Virus record (IMG/VR): IMGVR_UViG_3300025678_000930 | DNA from: an uncultured virus (IMG/VR IMGVR_UViG_3300025678_000930) | Taxonomy: Duplodnaviria; Heunggongvirae; Uroviricota; Caudoviricetes | Strand: one strand, 5' to 3' | Length of the DNA stretch: 64,000 nt | Shown here: in pieces, positions 1 to 8,233 of the stretch | How the letters are laid out: every line of letters starts with the position of its first letter | Numbering within the stretch: the first letter of the stretch is position 1 | Translations under genes and position numbers: made by a program | Notes under the pieces: model-generated | Told to the model about the DNA's origin: nothing | The model's database searches: none | Seen by the model: the letters and a program-made list of their open reading frames with translations, nothing else

Positions 1-21
1 GAGGATATCTTTATCAAATAT

Positions 22-957
22 TTGAAAGCAGATGATACAGAGTATATTCGCACAGTCACCAAAAAGACCTTTGCCGCAGCTGTTGCCCGTATCTACGTTC
101 CAGGTATCAAGTTCGACTGTGTTCCTGTTCTAGATGGTGATCAAGGCATAGGCAAAAGTACAATAGTTAAAGACCTTGTAACTGCAGACTATTACTCTGA
201 AACTTTATCCCTTACCGATATGGACGATAAGTCTGGTGCTGAAAAGTTGCAGGGATTTTGGGTGGTTGAAATCGGAGAGCTTGCTGGTATGAAGAAAGCT
301 GATATTGAGAAGGTAAAAGCTTTTCTCTCAACATCCGATGACAAGTACCGTCCGTCTTATGGCAGGGTTGTAGAAAGCCATCCTAGACAGTGCATCATCA
401 TAGCAACGGTTAATGGTGAACGTGGATATCTGCGAGATATTACAGGTAACAGACGCTTTTGGATAATCAAGGTGCATCAGAAAAAACAGAAAAAGACCTG
501 GAATTTTACTGAAGAATATAGGCAGCAATTCTGGGCAGAGGCTAAAGAAATATGGAAGTCCGGCGAAAAGCTATATCTTGAGGGCGACATTTTAGATGAA
601 GCTGAAAAGGCCCAGAAAGGCGCCTTGGAGGCAGATGAGCGCGTTGGTATGGTTGAAGAATACCTGAATACCAGGCTGCCTGATGATTGGGATGACATGG
701 ATTTGTTCGCACGGCGAAATTACCTTTCTGGAAACGAGTTCGGGAGTCCGGTGCATACCGGTAGCCTTGTCCGTACCGAGGTGAGCAACGCTGAAATATG
801 GTGCGAATGCTTCGGCAAAAGTCTGCAGGAACTTAAACCTTCAGACAGCTATGGCATTGCAGCAATGATGTCGCAGATATCCGGATGGGAGAGAACTCAG
901 ACCATTAAGCGTCAGCCCATTTATGGCAGGCAACGACTCTACCAATACGGAGGATAA
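22..957 (+). CDS. VapE/VirE-family P-loop ATPase (phage primase-helicase), 3' part; start lies upstream of window
   Basis: Walker A GDQGIGKST, EIGEL, LRDITGNRRFW; paralog of 56710-59067. Confidence 0.85.
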   Translation: MKADDTEYIRTVTKKTFAAAVARIYVPGIKFDCVPVLDGDQGIGKSTIVKDLVTADYYSETLSLTDMDDKSGAEKLQGFWVVEIGELAGMKKADIEKVKAFLSTSDDKYRPSYGRVVESHPRQCIIIATVNGERGYLRDITGNRRFWIIKVHQKKQKKTWNFTEEYRQQFWAEAKEIWKSGEKLYLEGDILDEAEKAQKGALEADERVGMVEEYLNTRLPDDWDDMDLFARRNYLSGNEFGSPVHTGSLVRTEVSNAEIWCECFGKSLQELKPSDSYGIAAMMSQISGWERTQTIKRQPIYGRQRLYQYGG

Positions 958-1100
958 GAAACACAAGAATGCGTCACAACACAAGATTTTCCCTTATATT
1001 CAAAATGCTTTTTTATAAAGAGAGAAATAAAATCCTGTGAGCACACACGCGCGTAAGTAAATATAGGGAAAAGTTGTGCTACCTTGTGTACTTGTGTCAG
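958..1100. repeat. Short ACACAA(G)/(C)TTGTG repeats around an AT-rich core; candidate replication origin
   Basis: acacaag twice at about 961-985, inverted ttgtg copies at about 1074-1097; located right after the primase-helicase gene. Confidence 0.4.
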
Positions 1101-1113
1101 ATGGGAGGTAAAG

Positions 1114-1401
1114 ATGATTGAGAAATATATAGAGAAAAAACTGGTAGCCGCAGTTAAGAAAATGGGAGGAATTGCACCGAAGTTTGTAAGTCCTGGATTA
1201 AATGGTGTGCCAGACAGAATTGTGCTACTTCCTATGGGAAGAATCGCATTTGTTGAATTAAAAGCACCAGGCAAAATGATGCGTGCTCTGCAAGTAAGAC
1301 GAAAAAGGCAACTAGAGGAGTTAGGGTTTTTAGTTTACTGCATTGATAGTGTAGAGCAGATAGATGAAGTGTTAAAAGAGATGGGAGGTGATGCCAAATG
1401 A
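1114..1401 (+). CDS. VRR-NUC domain nuclease
   Basis: GVPDRIVL...FVELKAPG motif; SD ggaggt before ATG 1114. Confidence 0.85.
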   Translation: MIEKYIEKKLVAAVKKMGGIAPKFVSPGLNGVPDRIVLLPMGRIAFVELKAPGKMMRALQVRRKRQLEELGFLVYCIDSVEQIDEVLKEMGGDAK

Positions 1402-2767
1402 AGTTCATACCCCATGATTACCAGCTATATGCAAGTGCATATATAGAAAAGCACACAATATCAGCAATATTCTTGGATATGGGCTTAGGTTAGGAAAAAC
1501 AGTCCTGACCTTAACAGCCTTAAACAATCTCTTGTTTGATAGTTTTGAAATACACAAAATCCTAATAATTGCACCATTAAGAGTTGCCAGAGACACATGG
1601 CCTACTGAAATTGAAAAATGGGATCACCTAAAAGATTTAACATATTCGGTTGTCCTTGGAAGTGAAAAAGAAAGGAATGCAGCCTTAATGAAAAAAGCTG
1701 ATATCTATATTATAAATCGTGAAAATTTAAAATGGCTTGTGGAAGACAGCTCTTTCCCCTTTGATTTTGACACAATTGTTGTTGACGAGCTTTCATCTTT
1801 CAAGAATTATAAGTCTAAACGTTTCCGTTCTTTAATGAAAGTAAGACCAAAGATTAAAAGAATAGTTGGCTTAACAGGAACTCCTGCGAGTAACGGTTTA
1901 ATGGATTTATGGGCTGAATTTAGACTTTTGGACTTAGGAGAAAGGCTTGGAAGATTTATAGGAAAGTACAGAGAAGACTACTTTATACCGGATAAAAGAA
2001 ACCAGCAGATCATATTTTCATACAAGCCTAAGCCAGGAGCTGAAGATGCAATCTATAAAAAGATTTCAGATATAACAATTAGCATGAAAGGTTCTGATTA
2101 TCTCAAACTTCCTGAACTTGTTATTAATGAAGTAGAGGTTAATCTTTCTGAAAAGGAAATGAAAATTCTTGATGATATGAAAAAGGAATTAGTAACTATG
2201 GTAAAAGATGATGAAATCAGTGCAGCCAATGCTGCTGCCTTGTCAAATAAGCTTTTACAGATGGCAAATGGTGCAGTCTACGATGAGCTTGGTGAAGTAG
2301 TTAATATTCACCACCGTAAGCTTGATGCTTTAGAAGATTTAATCGAAGCTGCAAACGGCAAACCTGTTTTAATAGCTTACTGGTTTAAACATGATATGAA
2401 ACGAATCTCTGAAAGGTTTTCAGTTGAAACCTTGGACACCACTGACTCAATAAGAAGATGGAATAAGGGTGAAATTCCTGTAGCAATAATCCATCCCGCC
2501 TCTGCAGGTCATGGACTTAATCTACAAACCGGTGGCTCTACCCTTATATGGTTTGGTCTCACTTGGAGCCTTGAACTCTACCAACAAACTAATGCAAGAC
2601 TCTGGAGACAAGGTCAACAAAATTCAGTTGTTATTTACCACATAATTTCTAAAGACACAATTGACGAACGGGTAATGAAGGCGCTTAAAAATAAGGACAG
2701 TACACAAGCTGCCTTAATAGATGGAGTTAAAGCAAACCTAAAAACAGGAGGTAAAATTGATGAATGA
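1398..2767 (+). CDS. SNF2-family helicase interrupted by a 5-bp TTAGG duplication in Walker A (31-aa ORF 1398-1493, remainder in another frame)
   Basis: MKFIPHDYQ...FLDMGLG* then GKTV in the frame of 1532-2767; DELSS, GLTGTP, GHGLNLQ and QTNARLWRQGQ motifs intact. Confidence 0.85.
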
Positions 2768-2978
2768 TGTATACGAAAGACTAGCAAATGCAATCATTTT
2801 ACAAGCTGTAAAAGACTATCGAGATTCTTCAAAAAGACTTAAAAAATACCCAAATAAAGATACTGATTTATTTACTATTCAGGAAGTTGAGCAGTTCTTT
2901 CGTTCCGACTGGTACTCAACCCTAACTACAATAGACCCTGAGATTCTTATCCGAAAACTTAAAGAGGAGGTTTTATGA
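2760..2978 (+). CDS. Conserved phage hypothetical protein
   Basis: LANAIILQAVKDYR motif; paralog of 60920-61144. Confidence 0.7.
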   Translation: MNDVYERLANAIILQAVKDYRDSSKRLKKYPNKDTDLFTIQEVEQFFRSDWYSTLTTIDPEILIRKLKEEVL

Positions 2979-3415
2979 TGACAGCAAAAGAATATTTAAG
3001 CAAAGCCTATCGCCTTGATCAAAGAATAAATAGCAAATTGGAACAAGTAGCATCCCTAGAAAACATGGCTGTAAACTGTACTCATGCCATAACTGGGATG
3101 CCCCGTAACCCCAACCCTTCTGTATCTCAGATGGAAGATGCTGTCTGTAAGATTATTGATATAAAAAACAATTTGAAAGATGATCTTGCAAAACTTCTGA
3201 ATTACAAGGTAAGTATTCTTGAGATAATCCAGAGTGTGAATAATCTTGAATACAGATTAATTCTTGAAAAGCGCTACCTCTGTTATCAACCTTGGGAGGA
3301 TATCGCCTACGACTTAAATTATTCTGTAAGCTGGGTGCTTAAGCTTCACCGTAAAGCTCTCAGAGCTGTAGATTCTATTATGGCTGGAAAGGAGAATAAA
3401 AATGGGATGGTATGA
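2975..3415 (+). CDS. DUF1492/RinA-ArpU-like transcriptional activator
   Basis: AKEYLSKAYRLDQRI N-terminus, C-terminal HTH (RYL..WEDIA.DLNYS); upstream of packaging genes. Confidence 0.7.
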   Translation: MMTAKEYLSKAYRLDQRINSKLEQVASLENMAVNCTHAITGMPRNPNPSVSQMEDAVCKIIDIKNNLKDDLAKLLNYKVSILEIIQSVNNLEYRLILEKRYLCYQPWEDIAYDLNYSVSWVLKLHRKALRAVDSIMAGKENKNGMV

Positions 3416-4034
3416 AGCTTTAGAAGATGGAATAACCATCGGTAAGGATAAAAATAATACAAATTGTTATTATCCACCCTGCCACATATGCGGCACAGCA
3501 GTTTATAGCTGGTCCTACACTCGTGGTACTCAGTACATCTGCAAAGACTGTAGGGCTGAGCTTGTAAGGCAGACACGGGAAGAAGGAAATTTAATCAGCA
3601 CTGATAAGAAGAAAAAGAAGCTTGAAAATGCTATAAAGCGAATCTCTAAGGTCACAAACATTTCAGCCTATGAGAATGCAATAAGACTTGTAAAGAAGAA
3701 CCTGAATAAGCCAGGATGGTATCAGAGTACAGAAGAAATTATGGTTGCCCTTGAACTAGTCCGTCGTGGAGTAAAGGCACATCATCAGGTTAAAATCTTT
3801 GATTACAGTGTTGACTTCATTCTCCCTGACATGAAGGTTGCTCTTGAGATTGACGGCAAGATCTTCCATGGCAAAGACAGACTAGAGTATCAAACCAATA
3901 GAGATGAGGCCATTGCTAATAAACTTGGAGATGGCTGGGAGATAATTAGAATCACTACTGACAATATTAATATGAATGTCACCAAATTGATTACAGGAAT
4001 CAATGCCGTTCTTAAAAGAAGAAAACCTTCATAG
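3402..4034 (+). CDS. Zn-finger plus DUF559/Vsr-like PD-(D/E)XK endonuclease
   Basis: CHIC...CKDC; YSVDFILPDMKVALEIDGKIFH...RD. Confidence 0.65.
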   Translation: MGWYEALEDGITIGKDKNNTNCYYPPCHICGTAVYSWSYTRGTQYICKDCRAELVRQTREEGNLISTDKKKKKLENAIKRISKVTNISAYENAIRLVKKNLNKPGWYQSTEEIMVALELVRRGVKAHHQVKIFDYSVDFILPDMKVALEIDGKIFHGKDRLEYQTNRDEAIANKLGDGWEIIRITTDNINMNVTKLITGINAVLKRRKPS

Positions 4035-4043
4035 TGGATAGTA

Positions 4044-4095
4044 AAGTCCACATAAGTCCACTTGAGTGCAGTTGAAATTTTTAGTATTCTATAAT
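4044..4095 (+). promoter_or_regulatory. Putative late promoter with 10-bp-period direct repeats
   Basis: AAGTCCAC at 4044 and 4054, GAGTGCAG at 4064; TATAAT at 4090-4095. Confidence 0.5.
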
Positions 4096-4172
4096 TGAGA
4101 GATTATATTATCTTAGCCACCACTGGAGAAATCCTATGGTGGTTTTTTTATGCCCTAAAGTGAGGTGACAGA

Positions 4173-4529
4173 ATGCCCTACAAACCAAAACGTCCCTGTT
4201 CCTACCCTAACTGTCCTAAACTAACAGATGGTATGTACTGTGAAATTCATAAGAGTCTTGTAAACAAACACTACAATAAGTATCAACGTGACCCTAAGTC
4301 CAACAAAAGGTATGGTCGTGCTTGGAAGAGAATAAGAGACAGATACATCAAAGCCCATCCCCTCTGCGAAGAATGTGAGGAGCAAGGTAGAGTCACACCT
4401 GCAGAAGAAGTACACCACATCCTTCCTCTCTCAAAGGGTGGAGGAAATGAAACAAGTAACCTTATGGCACTTTGTAAATCTTGTCACTCCAGAATTACAG
4501 TCGAGAGCGGTGACCGGTGGGGGAGGTAA
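4173..4529 (+). CDS. HNH endonuclease (terminase-associated)
   Basis: CEEC...EVHHILPLSKGG...NLMALCKSCH. Confidence 0.9.
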   Translation: MPYKPKRPCSYPNCPKLTDGMYCEIHKSLVNKHYNKYQRDPKSNKRYGRAWKRIRDRYIKAHPLCEECEEQGRVTPAEEVHHILPLSKGGGNETSNLMALCKSCHSRITVESGDRWGR

Positions 4530-4633
4530 AATCTCTAAAACTTTTTAAAGCGGACAGCGGCGTGGGGCTTCGTGTGAAAAAATGCGGTTTCAAACGAGGG
4601 AATAGCCTTGGCCCTACAAAGTGAGGTGATTAT

Positions 4634-5185
4634 ATGGCAAAAGACGGTACAAATCGAGGTGGCGCTCGTGTCGGTGCAGGTGCGAAAAAGAAACCACTGG
4701 CTGACAAAATCGCCGAAGGAAATCCGGGAGGCAGGAAACTGACCGTGATGGAATTTCAAGATACAGCAGACCTAAAGGGAATTGAAATGCCCGAACCAAA
4801 TAAAATGCTCGAGGCTATACAAAAAGACGGCAAGGCACTGGTTGCAGGAGAAATCTACAGAAACACATGGCAGTGGCTGAACGAACGCGGGTGTGCTGCT
4901 CTCGTCTCACCACAGCTTTTAGAACGTTATGCCATGAGCGTGGCTCGTTGGATTCAATGCGAGGAAGCGGTAACTGAATATGGATTTTTAGCAAAACACC
5001 CAACTACGGGTAATGCCATTCAAAGTCCATATGTGGCAATGGGTCAGAATTACATGAATCAAACCAACCGGTTGTGGATGGAGATATTCCAGATCGTCAA
5101 AGAAAACTGCACTGGTGAGTACAGTGGTGCTAACCCGCAGGACGATGTAATGGAGCGTCTGCTCACAGCAAGGCGAGGAAAATAA
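4634..5185 (+). CDS. Terminase small subunit, P27 family
   Basis: RGGARVGAG N-terminus; follows HNH; paralog of 62171-62722. Confidence 0.75.
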   Translation: MAKDGTNRGGARVGAGAKKKPLADKIAEGNPGGRKLTVMEFQDTADLKGIEMPEPNKMLEAIQKDGKALVAGEIYRNTWQWLNERGCAALVSPQLLERYAMSVARWIQCEEAVTEYGFLAKHPTTGNAIQSPYVAMGQNYMNQTNRLWMEIFQIVKENCTGEYSGANPQDDVMERLLTARRGK

Positions 5186-5203
5186 ATAAGATAGGAGAAA
5201 AAT

Positions 5204-6382
5204 ATGATTACTTATAAAACAGCAGAAAGTGTATGTGCTGGACATCCGGATAAGCTTTGTGACCTTATTGCTGATAATATTCTGGATGCTTGTATGCGTA
5301 AAGATAAAGCTTCCCGTGTGGCCTGTGAGGTTATGGCTACTAAAGGCAAAATTATCGTGGCGGGCGAAATCACCTGCAACGGTAAAGTAGACATCCGTTT
5401 CATCGTGAAAAATGTACTTCGTGAGGTTGGATACAATCCATGGAAGTTCACAGTGTTTGTTTTTGTACATCATCAAAGTGCAGACATTGCGGCGGGTGTA
5501 GAGACTGCACTTGAAGTGCGAAATGGTATTACTGACCCGTATGGTTCTATAGGAGCCGGGGACCAGGGTACGGTTTACGGTTATGCAACAAACGAAACCA
5601 GTAAGAACCTTCCCCTCCCACTTGTGCTTTCTCATCGTATCGTAAAGCGTATTGATGATTGCCGTAAAGGAAAACTTATCAAAGGAATTTTACCAGATGG
5701 TAAAGCACAGGTAACAGTGGAATATGAGAACGGTAAGCCAAGACGTGTAAAAACGATTGTAGTTTCAGTCCAGCATGATAAAGACAAAACCCAGGAAGAA
5801 CTGAGTTCGGATATCCGAAATAATGTACTTTGGCAGTGCTTTGAGGATTTTCCATTTGATAATGGTACCGAAATTCTTATTAACCCCTCCGGAAGATTTG
5901 TCGAGGGTGGTCCTGCTGCCGACACAGGATTGACTGGCAGAAAAATCATGGTCGATACCTATGGTGGCCTTGCATCCCACGGCGGAGGTGCCCTTTGTGG
6001 CAAGGACCCGACTAAGGTTGACCGAAGTGGTGCCTACATGGCACGGTACATTGCGAAGAATATTGTTTGGAGCGGTCTTGCAGAAAAATGTGAGGTCGCT
6101 CTTTCTTATGCCATAGGAAAGGCAAATCCTGTGGCTGTTGATGTGACTTCCTTTGGTACAGGTAAGATCACCGATGATCAGCTTTCCAATATTGTGCAGG
6201 AAGTGTTTAACCTCAGACCTGCTGCAATCATTGAAAAACTACACTTAAGAAATACCATCTATTCCGATACAGCGGTTTACGGGCATTTTAATTCCAGTCT
6301 GTTCCCCTGGGAGAATGTCAATATGTACACAAATTTGAGAAAGGCGGCTGAATTATATGCAGATAGAAAAATTGAAAACTGA
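5204..6382 (+). CDS. metK: S-adenosylmethionine synthetase (phage-borne)
   Basis: ESVCAGHPDK, GAGDQG, GRKIMVDTYGG, GKDPTKVDRSG motifs. Confidence 0.95.
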   Translation: MITYKTAESVCAGHPDKLCDLIADNILDACMRKDKASRVACEVMATKGKIIVAGEITCNGKVDIRFIVKNVLREVGYNPWKFTVFVFVHHQSADIAAGVETALEVRNGITDPYGSIGAGDQGTVYGYATNETSKNLPLPLVLSHRIVKRIDDCRKGKLIKGILPDGKAQVTVEYENGKPRRVKTIVVSVQHDKDKTQEELSSDIRNNVLWQCFEDFPFDNGTEILINPSGRFVEGGPAADTGLTGRKIMVDTYGGLASHGGGALCGKDPTKVDRSGAYMARYIAKNIVWSGLAEKCEVALSYAIGKANPVAVDVTSFGTGKITDDQLSNIVQEVFNLRPAAIIEKLHLRNTIYSDTAVYGHFNSSLFPWENVNMYTNLRKAAELYADRKIEN

Positions 6383-7592
6383 GTTGTTGATTCCAGCCGA
6401 TTATAATCCTCGTAAAGACTTGAAACCAGGTGACCCGGAATACGAAAAGCTAAAACGCTCCATCGAACAATTCGGTTATGTTGAACCCGTTATATGGAAT
6501 AAAACCACATCTCATGTTGTCGGTGGACATCAGCGTTTGAAGGTGCTACTTGATATGGGTATCACTGAAGTTGAGTGTGTGGTTATCGAGATGAACGAGG
6601 AAAAAGAAAAGGCACTCAATATCGCTCTCAATAAAATAAGCGGTGACTGGGATAAAGACAAATTGATGCTTTTAATTGCTGATCTGCAAGGAGCAGACTT
6701 TGACGTATCCCTCACCGGATTTGAGCCTGCTGAACTGGATGCATTGTTTAAGGATTCACTTAAGGATGGCATTCATGAAGATGACTTCGATGTAGATGCA
6801 GAACTGCAAAAGCCCGCACTCACCAAGCAGGGTGATGTTTGGATGCTTGGGCAGCACAGGCTCGTCTGCGGTGATTCCACTAAGGCTGACACTTTCAATG
6901 TTCTGATGGATGGCAAACTTGCAAATCTAGTGATAACTGACCCTCCGTACAATGTTAACTATGAAGGTTCAGCGGGTAAAATTAAGAATGACAATATGGG
7001 AAATGAAGCGTTCTACGGATTTCTGCTTGATGCGTTTAAGAACACCGAAGTGGCAATGGCGAAGGATGCTTCTATTTATGTATTTCATGCAGATACTGAA
7101 GGTTTGAATTTCAGAAAGGCTTTCGCGGAATCTGGTTTTTACCTCTCCGGTACTTGCATTTGGAAAAAGCAGTCGCTTGTTCTTGGCCGCTCCCCTTATC
7201 AATGGCAGCATGAGCCGGTTCTTTTCGGTTGGAAGAAATCCGGCAAGCACAACTGGTATGCCGATAGAAAACAGACTACTATATGGGAATTTGAAAAGCC
7301 AAAGAAAAATGCTGACCATCCTACAATGAAACCGGTAGCATTGGTAGCCTATCCAATTCTGAATAGCAGTTTGTCTAATTGTATTGTACTTGATCCATTC
7401 GGCGGAAGTGGTTCTACCCTTATCGCCTGTGAGCAAACGGACAGGATATGCTATACCATCGAACTGGATGAAAAGTATTGTGATGTCATAGTAAAGAGAT
7501 ATATTGAGCAAGTTGGAGTCGAAGACAGTGTGTTTTGCATTAGAGATAATAAGAAGCTTTCCTATAAAGAACTATTAGAGATACAGTCATGA
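6357..7592 (+). CDS. ParB-like N-domain plus N4/N6 DNA methyltransferase
   Basis: YNPRK...GGHQR ParB domain; DPPY, HPTMKP, LDPFGGSGST. Confidence 0.9.
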   Translation: MQIEKLKTELLIPADYNPRKDLKPGDPEYEKLKRSIEQFGYVEPVIWNKTTSHVVGGHQRLKVLLDMGITEVECVVIEMNEEKEKALNIALNKISGDWDKDKLMLLIADLQGADFDVSLTGFEPAELDALFKDSLKDGIHEDDFDVDAELQKPALTKQGDVWMLGQHRLVCGDSTKADTFNVLMDGKLANLVITDPPYNVNYEGSAGKIKNDNMGNEAFYGFLLDAFKNTEVAMAKDASIYVFHADTEGLNFRKAFAESGFYLSGTCIWKKQSLVLGRSPYQWQHEPVLFGWKKSGKHNWYADRKQTTIWEFEKPKKNADHPTMKPVALVAYPILNSSLSNCIVLDPFGGSGSTLIACEQTDRICYTIELDEKYCDVIVKRYIEQVGVEDSVFCIRDNKKLSYKELLEIQS

Positions 7593-8233
7593 TAAAAAGT
7601 ATTTCATATTCTCAGGAAGAATTAATTAAAAACATACTGGAACTTCACTCAAAAAGCGGCAGAATAGATTGCGACCCAACCTATTCTAAAGGATATTTTT
7701 ATAAAGATACAGGGATAGAAAAGCCGGGATACAAATTTGATATAAATCCACAAATAGAGGGAGTTGTAGAGGCTAATGCGGAAAAACTCCCTCTTTCTGA
7801 TTGCAGTTTGAATACCATCATATTTGATCCTCCGTTTCTTGCTACTACCGGAAGGAGCTTAAATAAGGTTGATAATAGCAATGTAATCAATAAGCGCTTT
7901 GGAGTATATGATAGTGAATTGGCTTTATTTAGGTTTTACAGAAATGCGATGGAGGAATTTTATAGGATTTTAACACCGGAAGGCATATTGATTTTCAAAT
8001 GCCAAGATAAAGTGAGCAGTGGTAAGCAGTATTTTAGCCACTGCTTTATTTATAATACAGCAATTGAATTGGGTTTCTACCCTATTGATTTTTTTATTTT
8101 ACTATCAAAGAACAGAATCACAGCAAAGTGGCAGCAGAATCAGAAGCATGCCCGTAAATATCATTCATACTTTTGGGTGCTTAAAAAATGTAATAACAAA
8201 ACACTATACAGCGAGGTGATTAAAAATGAGTAA
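7589..8233 (+). CDS. Small amino (N6A/N4C) DNA methyltransferase-like protein
   Basis: IFDPPF motif IV; EFYRIL..EGILIFK. Confidence 0.65.
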   Translation: MIKSISYSQEELIKNILELHSKSGRIDCDPTYSKGYFYKDTGIEKPGYKFDINPQIEGVVEANAEKLPLSDCSLNTIIFDPPFLATTGRSLNKVDNSNVINKRFGVYDSELALFRFYRNAMEEFYRILTPEGILIFKCQDKVSSGKQYFSHCFIYNTAIELGFYPIDFFILLSKNRITAKWQQNQKHARKYHSYFWVLKKCNNKTLYSEVIKNE

